From assembly GCA_000004985.1 (NCBI GenBank), contig GG738910.1: 64,000 nt of DNA; one strand, given 5' to 3'. The DNA comes from Naegleria gruberi. Taxonomy: Eukaryota. A program made the translations under genes and the position numbers. This document shows positions 23,401 to 38,253 of the stretch, piece after piece (position 1 is the first letter of the stretch; every line of letters begins with the position of its first letter). Under the pieces are notes generated by a model. That model was not told the origin of the DNA. It ran no database searches and saw only the letters and a program-made list of their open reading frames with translations.

Positions 23401-23744
23401 AAAAAACAACAACAAGCTCATCACCACCTGCTAAATAATTATTTATGATGAAGACCTCCATTTGCTTCCCATTACTACATTCAAACCACAACATGGCTGT
23501 ACATTATAGTAAAGGTTCATGTTCAACTACTACTTTGTTGCTAGAAGAACAAGATGTGGCTGAAGGTGTTGAACGCCTGTCTCCTCTTGTTCTAAACCTT
23601 CGGCTCGACTTCATGCCACCAGTGTTGATTAATAACATTTACTGTCCAAATATAAAGTGGTGTACTTTGTCAGGAGCGTATGGACTGAAAAGGAAATGCA
23701 GAATCGAGATAATGTTTATATTATATAAACTGAACCTTAAAAAA

Positions 23745-26700
23745 ATGGCCACGTTCATTCAAGAAAAACAAATGGCTGTTTCTAAGGGTGCACAAAAATC
23801 ATCAATAATTTCAACCATGATGATGATAATTTTTGTATGCCTATTATTTCTCGCTAACTCGATAAGGGGAATTGACTTTGAGGTTGCGCCTTATTACAAA
23901 GTAACAACTTTATTGAGAGAAGCCGATAAAGTTGAGTGTGTTCGTTTTGGTCCGAAGGGTATATATTATTCCAAGCCATACCAAATAGTTTTATACTCTT
24001 TGGACAGTTCTTCAATGTATGTAACTCAAGGAGCTGGCAATTTTGGCACTGGAGAAAGAGGCGACACTAATGGTGCTAGATACTGGCGTGATATTACAGG
24101 AACATATTCATTAAAATCCAAGATTGATTACCCTTACAAGTTTGCCTTCCATGCTGGAAGATCCAAAACTTACTTTGCACTGGCTAATCATCAAGTAAAG
24201 CTAGACACTGACGATGTTATTTCTCCATTCATTGGTAAACCAAATGTAACAGGTAATGCGGAAGGAGATCCTACTTCTGAGTGTCTGTTGAATGATCCTC
24301 AAGGAGTTGACGTTTCATTTGATGGTGATTTTGTGTATGTGGCTGATACTGGTAACAATCTTATCAAGTATACTTCATACAAAGATGGTGTATTCGTCAT
24401 TAGTAATCTTGCTGGTACTGGTAACACAACAAGTTTAGTTGACGGTGTCAATGCTTTACAGGTTGACCTTAATAGACCTGTTTCTGTAAGGTTTTCCAAA
24501 AAAACAGGTGAGATTTATATTGCAGAAAAGGGAAATCATGTTATTAGAAAAGTTAGAAAAGACAATATTGCTTCTGTAGCGGTTGGTTCAATTGGTATCT
24601 CAGGTTATAACGGAGATTTTAAGAGTTCTTTGGATTCATTTTTGAGTGAACCAAGTGATATTGCGATTTCCACTAGTGGTGTTATATATATTGCTGATTC
24701 TGGTAATAATCGAGTCAGAAAAGTTTATCAAAATGGTATGTTGGTTTTCCTCTATTCAGTTTTTACCTTGGGAATGATATATAGGAACAATAACAACTGT
24801 ATGCGGAAATGGAATGAACATGTATGGAGGCGATTCACTTGATTCTAGAAGAACAGCAATAGGAGGTGTAAATTCTGTTGATGTTAATGAAAATGGAGAA
24901 TTAGTTATTTCTCACATGAATTATATTCGTAAATTGACTCCTATTTGTTATAATGGTTATGTATTCAATTCTGAAACTCATTTGTGTAATCCGTATTTCC
25001 AGTGTTTTGGAAAGAAACATACTGAACCATATGTGTGCTCTGGAAGAGGATCTTGTATTAACCATAATTGTATTTGCAAAGAAGGATTTGAAGGAGAAAA
25101 ATGTGAAACTATATCAAAGGTTTTCAATGTGAAACGATTGTTGGTTTCTGGAGAAGTAACAAATCTACCACCATCAATTTTAGCAGCAAATATGAAACAT
25201 CTTCAAGTGAGCAATACTGGCGACATGATTGTCCTTACACAAGATGGAATCCTTGGAAGACTTGTTGGAAACTCACTGGTTAAAGTTTCTCAATCTAGTC
25301 TGGCATTGTTCTACCTGGAAGAAGATGGTTCAATACTTACAACATCTACTACTTCAATTATCAAGATTGGTATTGATGGAGCTATATTATCTCTTGTAAA
25401 AACAACTAATTTCTATGATGTAGATGGCGTCTCACCAACAAATATTAATATTGGCGCATTTAGTTGTATTACACAAGATCAAGTTTCAAAAGTCTACTAT
25501 GTTACAGAATATTACTCAAATGTTTTTGCAAAAGTTGAAAATGGGAAGTTAGCTTTACTGATTAGTAATACAAAAGGATTTGCAGATGGCTTAAAAAATG
25601 TTGCCAGATCTACCTCTCCTAAATTTGTTTATGCATATGGAGGCACAGTCATATTTTCAGATTATAACAGAATAAGAATGTGGAAAGATTACACAACCAC
25701 AACAATTGCAGGTAATGGTATCGAAGGATACAACGGAAATAATGTACCAAAATTGGCCTGTTCTTTTGGTGAAATTGTTGGGTTTCATGTAGTTAGAAAA
25801 TCAGCAACAGTGTTTTGGATTTACGTTTCTGACAGTTATTCTAGAACAATCAGATTAATCAAAACCAATGAAAATAATGTAACTATAATTGCTGGATCCC
25901 CTGGGACCGGCAAATACATGAATTTTGAGGATAACCCCAAGAAGGCCATTTTTTCATTACCTATTGGTTTATCGATGGTCAATGACACTTTATATTTCAT
26001 TGACCAAGGAAGTAGTAGAATTATGAGTCTTTCACCTGATGGTACTAAACTGACAACCATTGCAGGCGGAAGAGGTGTTTTAAACGTTGGAGAAAATCTA
26101 GACCAACGGTTTTCTTATTTTGGTCCATCCCCTACAGGAATTTATCTTAAAGAATCACCAACAAGGGAATTATTAATTAGTGATAGTAATATTGGCAGAA
26201 TAAGAAAAAGCATTTTTGAAAACAATCTTTGGGGTAATGTGACTACACTTGCTGGTACTTCAACCAGTGAATTGCCAGTTGATAAAGGAATGGATGGTGA
26301 CTGTTTAACTTGCGCCTTCCTAAGACCTTCAAAAATACGATTCGGGGGAAATGAAACTCTACTTGTATCAGAATCGATTAATACTGTCAAACTTATCAAT
26401 GTTGGGCAGGGATCAGTTAGAACACTTGTTGGAACTCCTTACACTAATCCTCTACAAAATCCATCTCTTGTAACTGTCAATACGTCAGCAATAGGATTCC
26501 AGATAGATGGGTTACGGGATGCTATTCTTGTTGGAGATGAACTGGTTTTTGCTGAAAAATCCAGAATTCTTAAGGTCAATTCACAAGGTTTAATAGAAAT
26601 TGTTGCTGGTGATGGAAATGGTTATTCATGTAATTTTGGTAATTACATGTCGGCCAAAATGGCAAAGTTTGGCAATAATGCTGTGGGAACAAAATTGGTA

Positions 26701-29700
26701 ACCTCTCTCGATTATTACGATGGAGAGATTTATATTTTAGAAGAATACGCTCTCAGAAAAGTTAATTCCAAAGGAATAATGATACCAATAATTAGTGGGC
26801 AAGGAACAACGTCTTGGTCGAATGGAGTTAGAAAATTGCCATTACAAGATGCATCAATTCCTGCATGTAGTTTTATGAAAGTTGTTAATGAAAATGAGAT
26901 TTATATTCTCAGTACTGCAGGACAGTTGTATATTGTAAGAAATGGAACTGTTGAGAGACCTATTATAACTAAAGATTTATCTTTTATGGGCCCAGTATAT
27001 TCCCAATTCTATAGCACAAGCGATGGAGAATTTTACATGTTGACTGCAAATACGGTTGAATTAGGTAAAATGAGTTGTCCTTCATTTTCCAAACAAAATG
27101 AAAATGATACATGTGAAAATATGATAACTTGTTTTGGTTTAAAGTCAACAGATCAAAATGTTTGTTCAACGAATGGTAAATGTTCAGCTTTGGATACATG
27201 TATCTGTAATTTTGGTTGGAGTGGTGTTAAATGTAATGAATCAACTGCTCAATTGGTGATTCAAAGCCTGAACCCAAACAGAGTTACCACTGATGATGGA
27301 CTTGATATTGGTTTCAAAACCTCCTCTTCTCCATTGACAAATTTAAAAGTTGATACAAAAACAGGAATTGTTTATTTGCTTTCTGGAGGAAAAACCATTT
27401 CTCTCAACGGCAAAACAAATGATTGGGTTAGATCCAGTGATACAACATCAAAATCTATGATTATTTCTAAAACAACAGGTTACTTCTATTTTTTAAGAGA
27501 ATCTTGCATCTACCAAAGGGGAGCAACTCCTTATCCATATTATTATTCTGGAAATTGCTACACTAAGGGTTCAGTTCTTGGAACTATTTCAACCGCATCA
27601 TATAACAACTTGGAAGATGGTGACTCTGGGGAGGATGGTAGTTTGTATATAGTTGATAGTGGAAATCACGTTGTAAGATTAATATCAGAAGGAGTAATGT
27701 CAACCTTTTGTGGTAGTTTTGGTGTTTCTGGTTTATTTATCAACTCTAATTCCTCAACCAAAACTTTTTTGAAATCACCAAGGGCCATCAAAGTCACCTC
27801 AAACGGGGTTTACATTGCTGATAGTGGAAATTACAGAATTCTTTTTATTGATAAATCTGGACATGTCCAAAAAATTGCAGGGTCATCAAATGGTACATCA
27901 AATGGGGATGGAAAAGCAACTCTGACAAATATTTTCCCTTCTAATTCATTGGATTATTCAGAGAGTCGCCAAGAACTGTACTTTATAGATAATAATAGAG
28001 ATGAGATGAATTCAGGGAGTGTAAAAGTAAGAAAGATTACCAAAGATGGATATGTTGAAACGTTGTTTGGTTATTACGAGAGGGATCCATATTCAAACTT
28101 AACAGTTCCAATGACCATCACACTGGAAAAGGATACCAGTTTCTATGCAGCAAATTCTTTGGCTGTTTCAGGTGATTACTTGTATTTAACATTTGATTCT
28201 GTGAAATTGATTGCAAAAGTTTCACTTTCCACAAATACCTTGTATGTGGTTTCCAAAATAGGTTCAGTCCTGAATGGTGATGGCTTTCATGTCGGTTTTA
28301 CCACCTTCCAACACCCAAGTGCACCATATTTCCATAGTATTACTCGTACTTTGTATTGGGTTGAAATGTCCTCAATAAGAATGATGAGAGATAACAAAGT
28401 TTACACCGTGGTTGGCCTTAATTCAAACATTCCTTCCTTTGGAAAGATGAAACCATTGTGGAAAGATATTTCTCCAAAAGGAATTGCACTTTCATCAACT
28501 GGAGAGTTATATTTTTCTGATGGACAGCATGTCATTTATAAGATTCTAAATTCAAGATCTGATATTGAAATTGTTTGGGGAAAGAAAGGTGTTTATGGAA
28601 GTGCTGACACTCTTCTAGAAAATCCAACTGCTATTTTTATTAATTCCAAAGATGAACTGTATATTGCTGATTCATACAGAATAATCAAGTTTGACATCAC
28701 CTCCAAGAAAATTACTAAAATAGTGAGTAAGAGTGATGTATATTTTGGTATATGTTCATCAGTGATAGAACTTTCAACAGGAGAAATAGTCTATGTGGAT
28801 TCTTATTTTAAAAAAGTTAGAATGATTCTCAACAATGGTACAAATATTATAATCGCTGGTGGTGGTTTAAAAACAGGTGTTTCGAATGGTGATCTTGCAA
28901 CAAAACTACTTTTCACCACTCCTGTTTCAGTTCAAGAAATCAACACAGGAGTATTACTTTTGCTGGAGCAAAACTCTTTGATCAAGATGACTTGGTCTCC
29001 ATCTAGAAATGGTTATATTTGTTCAATAATTGCTGGAAAGGGCTTATATAGTATGACTGCCTCAGGAAATGGTGGTCTTGCGATAAATGCTGTTATCTAT
29101 AATTTTGCTATGAGTTACAATACATTTACGAAAGAGGTTTATCTTCTTGACAATGTTGAGTCAAGAATTATCACTCCGTACTGTCCAGAAGGGTTCACTT
29201 TTAATATTTCAAATGAGACATGTCAGCCAGTTGATATGTGTTTTGGTTTTAATTCAAATGACAACAGAGCGTGTTCTGGAAGAGGTGAGTGCGTTGGTCT
29301 TGATGCATGTAATTGTTTTGGAGGTTACAGTGGAATCAAGTGTGAAATAATGTGTCACAAAACATGTGAAGGAACTGTTGTGGACGCATCATTCATGTTA
29401 ACGGAATTCTCAACTGATTTTAGCAAACCTGGCAATTTGGTGGTAGATTCTGAGTACATTTATGTTTCTGATTCTGAAGACAATGTAGTTAAACGTTTTG
29501 ATAAGGGTGGATATTCTTCAATTTATTGTGGAATTGAAGGACAAAGTGGCAACCAAGGAAATGGTTTACCAGGAACTGAAGCCACACTAAATTCACCTCT
29601 AGGTTTAAGTGTATACAATAATGAACTATTTATTGCTGATTTTAACAATAGTGTCATCAGAAAGGTTGACGCTTTTGGGTTTGTTGATGTTGCATTCAAT

Positions 29701-32700
29701 ACAACAGAAAAACCTCTCAACATTATTGCCAGGGGCGAAAACGTATTTTACTATACAGATTCCACTTCATTGTACATGATTAACCAATCAGTTATTAGTA
29801 CCATTGCAACAGGATTTGATAGTCCTTATGGATTGTTCTATTATTCAAATACGTCCAACATGGAGGAAAGTTTACTAGTTGCAGATACCAATAATAACTC
29901 AATCAAGAAGGTATCTCTCTCTGATAGACAAGTTACCATAATTCTTTCTAATTTGAATTCTCCTAAAGGACTATTCATTGATTCTTTTGGTGATCTTTAT
30001 ATTGCTGACAGTGGATCAAACCAAATTTTAAAGTATTCAGGAGGTGTTTTGAAGGTAATTGCAGGAACATCCAATTCCTCAATGAATGGTACAGATGGTG
30101 CAATCAATTCACTTCAAGCAATTCTGCACTCTCCTAGTGATCTTATTGTAACAGATGAAGGAATTATTTATTTCACCGATTCACAAGGATATGCCGTGAA
30201 AACTCTCACTCCTGTTTGTGATAAAATTTCCATGTATGATCCAATTTTAAGAAAGTGTTTCCGACCTCTACTTTGTTTCAATTTTGGTATTGATGATAAG
30301 AGAGCTTGTAGCTCTAATGGTCAATGTGTTGCAGAGAATACCTGTAATTGTAATGATAATTGGGGAGGGGATGATTGTTCCATTCCATCATGTTTCAACA
30401 TTTCTGCTTCAAGTACCACTACGGTTTGTTCTGGACATGGTTTGTGTATTGATCATAATACTTGTCGATGTGATACTGGTTGGTCTGGTGCTGACTGTTC
30501 AATTGCATCATGTTATGGTATCAAGGGTGATAACAGTTCAGTATGTTACGGAAATGGCCAGTGTGTCGGTTTTAATCAATGTTCTTGTAATAATGGATGG
30601 TCTGATTTCGATTGTTTGACACCTTCGTGCTTTGGCTTGACCTATGATTTGGATTCTTCATGTTCTGGAAATGGCAAATGTATTTCTAATGATACTTGTG
30701 AATGTTATTTAGGTTATCAAGGTCCTGATTGCTCTACAGTGTCAGTCGATCCATTCCAAGTATACAATCCAGTACTAACTGTTAAGACTATTGGTTCTTT
30801 GAACAAACCAAAAGGAGTTACAGTATCTTCGAGTGGTGATATTTATTTCAGCGATACTAGCAACAATAAGTTGAAGAAGATATTACAATCTGATTGGTCT
30901 GTATCTCTTATTGCTGGAACTGGTACTGGTTCGTTTTCAGGTGATGGATCTTCACCAACAGCAGCCACTATTAATAATCCTATTGGTTTGGATATTACAG
31001 AAAACGGAGAAGTTTATTTTGCTGATTCAAATAACAATAGAGTTAGAAAATGTAGTTATGATGGTAAATTAATCTCGACAGTGGTCCAAGTTACATCTCC
31101 TCAACAAGTCAAAATTGACGAATACAATAATCGATTGTGGATTGTTGCTTCTGGAGGAGTTTACATGTATGATTTGAATATTGCAAATATGACCCTTGTA
31201 TACAGTAATGATCTCAATACTCCATTCGGAATTGATATTGGATATCAAGGTAAAATAGTGTACATTACAGACAAATCAAATCATGTTATTAGAAAGCTCG
31301 CAAAAAGAGGTAATTCATATGTTCAATCTATTTATTTTGGAAGTAAGGGAGTAACTGGAACCTACTCATCAACATCTAATATGAATAACCCAATGGGTAT
31401 ATCAGTAACTAATGGTAATAGTATTATATTTTCTGATTCCTCTAATCATGTAATTAAACTGATTTCTCATGGAGTTAACAAGACAACATCAGTTATTGTT
31501 GGTACTGGATCTTCATCAGGTTATTCAGCAACAGAAACTAAACCTCTTTCCATGGCTCTAAATACTCCCGGTGATGTATTTGTGAATGAGAAAGGAATTT
31601 ATATTGCTGATACCAATGACAACGCCATTAGAATTATTAAGATTTCATGTCCATACACTAACTATGTTTTCAATTATTATACTTCCAAGTGTGAATTTGA
31701 TACCAGAATTTCTTGTAATAAGATTTCATTTTCTTCACCAAATGTTTGTAATGGTAAAGGTGTTTGTTATGGAGTTGATAAATGCAACTGTACAAGTGGG
31801 TGGAATGGTACTTTTTGTGAAATACCTATTTGTTTTGGAGTGTCCAATCCAAAACTAGCTTGTAGTTCAAATGGTCAATGTATTTCTAACAATACTTGTT
31901 CCTGTAATGATGGTTGGTTTGGATCTATTTGTCAAAATCCATCTTGTTTTGGAATTTCATATAATGATTCAAATACCTGTTCTGGAAATGGTCAATGTAT
32001 TGCAAATAATACTTGCTCGTGTGATAATTTTTACGAAGGCAAAAATTGTTCTCTTCCAAAATGTTTTGGTATTAATTCAGACAGCTCATTGGTTTGTAGT
32101 GGAAATGGTTTATGCGTTAGCCCAGATACATGTAATTGTACTAGCGGTTATTTTGGAAATGATTGTTTTTACACAAATTGTTTTGGAATATTGTCAGGAG
32201 AAACTACTGTATGTTCCTCAAAAGGAAACTGTACTGCTCCAAATACTTGTTTTTGTGAAAAAGGGTATTATGGGAATCAGTGTCAAAACTTTACTTGTTT
32301 TGGAATTGACTCATTCAGCCCCAATGCTTGCTCATCTCGTGGAAGTTGTATTGACATCGATAAATGTAAATGTGGAGATGATTTTTATGGTTCTAATTGC
32401 ACAGGGTTTGATTGCTTTGGTTATCCATCAACTAATCCAAATACTTGTTCTGGTAAGGGTGATTGTTTAAATCCAAACACTTGTATCTGTAATGATGGTT
32501 ATGCAGGTGAAAGGTGTGAAATTGCTCGTTGTTTTGGAGTTTATGGAAATGAATCAAACGTATGTGATTCACATGGTGAGTGTGTATCCTTAGATAACTG
32601 TACATGTACATCACTTCATCATTATGGAGATAATTGCGATAGATTTGATTGTTTTGGAATTGAGAGTAGCAATTCAAGTGTTTGCTCTTCCCATGGAAAT

Positions 32701-35700
32701 TGTACTTTCCTTGATATTTGTAATTGTTCGAAAGGTTACGAAGGTTTATCATGTTCTGAATTCAATTGTTTTGGAAAAAAGCCAATCGCTTCTGATATTT
32801 GTTCTGGAAATGGCATTTGTACTGGTCCAAATATATGTAATTGCAAAGATGGGTATTTTGGAGATGATTGTCAGATAACCAATTGTTATGGAATTCATAG
32901 TAATGAGTCTAGTGTATGTTCATCAAATGGTAGATGTATTTCTTTAGATTCTTGCTCTTGCTCTTTTGGATATTATGGAGAGATGTGTCAAGAATATGAT
33001 TGTTTTGGAATGAAACACTCAAATACAAGTGTTTGTTCACAACATGGAACATGTCATTCTCCAAATAATTGCACTTGTAATGATGGATATCATGGTGCAG
33101 ACTGTGATAGATTCAATTGTTTTGGAGTTTCTTCTTTCAATAGTTCAGTATGTTCATCAAGAGGTTACTGCAAATTACCAAATGTCTGTTCTTGCACTGG
33201 AACTTTTTATGGTGAAAATTGTGAACAATATGACTGTTTTGGAATCAATTATCAAAACTCAAATGTTTGTTCCTCACACGGTAAATGTATTGGGGCTGAT
33301 GCTTGTCAGTGTTATGATGGATATATATCTAGTAATTGTTCTGTTCCTCTTTGCTTTGGTATTTCAGCTCTTAACTCGTCAGTTTGTAGAGGACATGGTT
33401 ATTGTACTTCACCTAATAAGTGTGACTGCATTTCGAATCAAGATACAAAGTTTGATGGACAGGAATGTCAAAATCATTTCTGTAAGGAATACGATGGAAC
33501 CTTAATAAGGTTTAACAATAATTCAGTTTGTAGTGGTTCTGGAGTTTGTAAGTTAAATCGAGTCATGAAGAGAAGCGAATGTGTATGTAGTGAAAATTAT
33601 GGAGGAGAGTCTTGTGAAATGCCAAAATGTTTCGGTATTTTACAAAATGAGACAAGTGCTTGTAACAACAATGGATTTTGTTCAAGTGTAGATACTTGTG
33701 AATGTCATCATAATGATTTTTTTGGATATTGGAAGGGTTCTAATTGTACACAATGCCAAGTTCCATATTCTGGATCCAAATGTAATGTTATTAAGGAGTG
33801 CAATGCTTCTGTCTGTCATAACAATGGTATTTGTGACGAGTACATGACTTGCATTTGTAATTCTAATCAAACACATGGTTTCTGGAATGCAGAATTTTGT
33901 AACGTTTGTCAAGAAGGTTATTATGGAAAGGAGTGTTCCACGCAAATGCTTGGCCCTCTTAAATTAAGTGGAGAGGCATCATCCATGACATTCAAGATGA
34001 ATGCTCCAATTTCATTTTCAAAGACAAGTGTTAACTGTACAAGATTTTTGAGGGAAGATTCTTATGAAACTGTTGGAGGATTGCAATCTATTTGTTCTTG
34101 GAATAATAGTATGATGAAAGTGACATTTGGTGCTTCATTTGATGTTAAATCAGGTAGAATTATTTATTTGAATAGATTGGTCTTTGATGAGAGCGGATAT
34201 GATTACGAACCGATCAAATTGGAATATCCAGATACACCAATCCTTCCTACTGCCATTGTCGAATCAAACAAATTAGTTGGATCTTGCGACAGTATTATAA
34301 TTGATGGAAGTAAGAGTTACTCTCCTGATTCTAAACCTCTTTCATTTTCTTGGAAAGTTGTTAATTCTCCAAATATTAATAGTTTGCAACACATTGTACA
34401 ATCACAAACAAGATCTATTCTTTCCATTGATAGTAGCAATTGCTCTACAGGTGTTCACATTTTCGAGCTGATTGTAAAGAGTTCTATATTAGAATTACAA
34501 AGTATTCCACTAACAATTTCCATCACTAAGGCAGAAATTCCTCTACCAACTATTTCCATAGATGCACAAGCCTCCCCTCTCACAACTTCAAAGTTACCAT
34601 ACAAGATAATGAAAAGTACTGTTTTGCCTGATTGTGCTCAATCTTTGAGTATGATATATAATTGGAAGCTGGTGAGCGGTAGAAACGATATTGTTTTTGA
34701 GATGGATCAATTTAATAATTTAGTAATTATCAATTACTTCCTGGAAGATTCAAGTTATGAATTTGAATGTAGTGTATTTGTGGAAGGACATGCAGAAAAT
34801 ATTATTACTTCAAAAGTTTCCTTTAGTACCAAGATTAGTCCTTTATCTTCTGAAATCAGACTTGTTGAATTATCAACCAATTATACTATTATTCAATTAT
34901 TGTTCAGGGATCCAGAAATTGTTAATGAAGAGGTTAATGTTGAATGGGAGTGTATTGATTTGGACACCAAACTGAATTGTTCATCGTCACTTCTTTCCCA
35001 TCTTTCAACTTTACCTCTTAACTCTGAATTTTTAATATCTGGAAGTTTGTTATCAAATTACAACAACATATCCTTGAAATCTACTATCAAGAAGGGAAAG
35101 AGAATTTCCAATAGTGAACTCGTAGTAACCATTCCTCAAAAAACACTCCCTCCAATTATTTCACCTGTTTATCTGTCGCCAAGTAATTTAGCTCTAGGAT
35201 CGAGTATTAATCTTCAATTTGGTGTAACTATCGATGGAAGTGATGACATTAGTTCAGCTATTAGTAGAAAATGGACTCTCAACAATGTTGTTATTGAAAA
35301 ATCAGATAGTATGAGACTGGATCCATCTGAATCCAACTCCTTAATATTAGCAACTAATTCTTTTACAGAAGGGGCCACATACAAGATTGATTTCAAAGTG
35401 ACTGACCAAAGAAATAATCAATTTTCAATCTATTCCTATTCTTTTTCAATCAAGATTTCTCCAAAGTGTACATGTACAATTAGTCCATCATCTGGTTATG
35501 CTCTCCAAACTCTTTTTACATTTGCATGTACTGATTGTAAAAATAATCAAGGACCTTTATCGTTCGAATATGGCTTCATAGATAGTCGTTACCAAACTAG
35601 AGTAACCTTATCAAAGAGTTCTAAATATTCGGCCGTTCTCCCATCCTCTTATCAAGGAAATACATTGAATCTGTATGCTGTTGTTAGTGACTCTGTAAGT

Positions 35701-37050
35701 CAATCATCAAGTTATTTGAGTGCAGAAGTTCTTGTACCTGTCATTGGTTCACTAGCTGAAGCAAAGAAGAAACAACTTCAATGGAAAACAACAGGTTCCT
35801 CACTCAAAGATGGTGATTATATGAAGAGTGTGTATAGCAATGATGTTATGACAAGTACTTTCACAAAGATGATTGCCTCTTTACTATCAGCAAGATCTGT
35901 TTGTAACGGAAAAGGAGTTCTAAATAATGGAAAATGTCAATGTGATAATGGGTATTCTTCATTTGATTGTAGATATACCACTTCTGATTATGTATCCATT
36001 CAAGAGAGTGTATTTGATTTATCTAACGATTTTAAAGAAACATTTGGTGTTTATCTAGATTCCAAAGATATTCTAAGCGAAAAGTTTGTTGCCAATATTA
36101 TTTTCGGACTTGAAACTTTGACAAATCGTTTTGATTTCTTGAATGAGACATCTTTTGACATTATCTTATCAATTGTTGATCATTTATTGGAAGAACACGA
36201 AAAGTATTCATCAGTTCAAACATCCAATGGTGTAGATACGCTCTTACTCGATATTTTGGATCATTTATATTCTTTTACAGAATATTATGAGATTAAGGAA
36301 CAATTAATGAGCAAATTAATTGAAATTTCCCAAAGACTCTCTTCACTTGAATCAAGAAAAATATTGGTCGGCCAACCTCCTTTAATTCTTTCCAATCAAT
36401 TACAAACTTCAATTACCAACAAACATTTTAGAGAGGAATATTCAGGACTAGTAATTAGATATAATAATTATTCTACTATACTACCAGAGTCTTTCTCAAA
36501 GCATCTATCCAATCAGCCAAAGAGAGTACCAGTTACTTACAGTTGGTTTGCTCTTAAAGATCTTTCACAATTCATATTACCAGGAAATGCATCAAGAATT
36601 ATCTCAAAATATGTTGTGAAATTCACATTGGAAAAGGTTAAATATTTGGAATTATTGAAAGAACCTGTGAAATTTGAAATACCACTCATTGAACCAATAG
36701 ACATGAATTCTAATAAGTATTCCTGTATTGACTTTTCCAACATGACAATGCCAGTGGAAAGTGAGTGCCAATTTAAAGTGGAAAATGGAATAGCCTCTTG
36801 TTCTTGCTTAAACTACTCAAGTACCGTTGGAATAACATTCTTTGAACGCAGTCGAAGAGCTCCATCAATTCTTGCAGTTAAAACTGCACCACTTTGGGAA
36901 TTATTCTCTCTACTCACAATTCCATTTGCAATAATTTTGGTTGGTTGTGCATTCACAATTAAAACGATTTTTAACAGAAAAATCAGCCTTGACAATAATC
37001 AATTCGAATTGAGAAACGTGGACAGCATGATTGTGACGGAATCAGCTTAA
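23745..37050 (+). CDS. Giant (about 4,400 aa) secreted type I membrane protein. Domain order: NHL beta-propeller(s), interspersed single EGFs, array of more than 25 tenascin-type EGF repeats, laminin-type EGF, PKD/REJ-like region, CxC-ISP module, GPS-like motif, TM, 26-aa tail
   Basis: Exon 1 is 23745..24735, starting MATFIQEKQMAVSKGAQKSSIISTMMMIIFVCLLFLANSIRG with a signal peptide and NHL motifs (IYIAEKGNHVIRKV, IYIADSGNNRVRKV). A 49-nt intron at 24736..24784 (GTATGT...ATAG, phase 1) follows. Exon 2 is 24785..37050, the 4,078-aa ORF. The EGF array spans about 31650-33950. Other landmarks are the KCTCTISPSSGYALQTLFTFACTDCKN motif, ASCSCLNYSSTVGITF juxtamembrane, and TM LFSLLTIPFAIILVGCAFTI. 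The 5' end (gaaccttaaaaaaatg) is shared with the 46962 gene. Confidence 0.8.
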
Positions 37051-37610
37051 TAAATATTACTGTATTCTCAAACATTCGAAATGTTCAAAAATAAGGGGTG
37101 TATTCCAACAGTGTGACGTAGTGGATTTCCAGACCTCTTTTTCAGGGTAGTTCAACTCCAGCTATTTTGATATGAGCTGATGAAATACCTTCTATCTCAA
37201 TTAATTTGTCAGATATTGAAGTAATAAATTGTACAGAGAGAGAATATATCACTGGGAATCTATCTTCTTCTAATGAATGTTTCTCATCCCTTATTCGTTG
37301 AATATAATAGTAAAGTATCACAAATATTAAAGAACAATAGTGAAAATTACAGGAAAAGATAATTATCTGGTGGATGAATGACATGCTATTCGTGATGTTT
37401 CAGTGAGAAGACAATATCCACATCATGAGAAAAACAATAAAAACATGAAAATATCAGATATCCATGAATTTCACAAACTATGCTATAAGACTCGAAATTA
37501 TACATTTAATAACATAATAAACATTATGAATTGTTGTTTTATTGTTGTTTGATTTGTAATTGGGCTATGAAACTCTGGTAACATCAAATATCAGAACTTG
37601 GTAAATTGAC

Positions 37611-38183
37611 AACATGAAAATCTGATAATAAATATGATGTTTATTATCTATTTAAATAGTAGTACTAAAAGACATGATTCAAGTTGGTGAAGTACATGCT
37701 GAGTTATGGTCCATGTACTTTTTCAAAATTCACATGTACCTATCCCTATCATAAATTGCCCAAAATTGATAAGAGAAAGTTCTCCTACCTACTATTGACC
37801 ATTCCGAACAATACTATATTGACAGTTTTCCAACTTGTTCAGTAGATCCATCAGTGATGATGAATTTAGTGAAAATTTTGACATTTCACCAAAATTATAT
37901 TACTAAAAATTAATTTCCACAAATACTATTATTATATTGATGGCAAATAACATTGATGATGATTGGTGAATGATCCGATGATGATGTACCAACTTGTGAT
38001 TTTCCATGATGAAAAATAAATTCCAATTTCATGATGATAATCCACCAATAAAAATTACTATTATTACTACTATATAGATCATGTTGAGATGATGATGTGA
38101 AAGTTTGGTTGTTTCATGATGTAAAACCACTCCGAAAATCATCAATGTTAAATATTTTTTAAACTTGGTTTTTGAGTAGAATG
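37611..38183 (-). repeat. Dispersed repeat family R, B-type; about 70 bp downstream of the 3' end of the minus-strand 38254..43920 gene
   Basis: Near-identical to 45932..46507, and the reverse complement of 12540..12975. Confidence 0.75.
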
Positions 38184-38253
38184 TTGAATATTTTTTTATG
38201 AAGTTTGTTGTGAGCGAGGTATGTTGTAGATTGCTGAAAAGAACAAGAGCCAT

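Noticed and set aside
31586-33505. Hydrophobic V/M/L-rich ORFs in alternative or antisense frames across EGF arrays (31586..31858, 31871..32470, 32624..32878, 33029..33505, 49514..49936, 42238..42579 -, 42589..42978 -, 41857..42282, 16521..16835, 16872..17141, 30284..30619)
   Set aside because: These are frame-shifted or reverse readings of TGT/GGT/AAT-rich repeat DNA. The sense frame carries an unmistakable C-x-x-G-x-C EGF periodicity and is continuous for kilobases.
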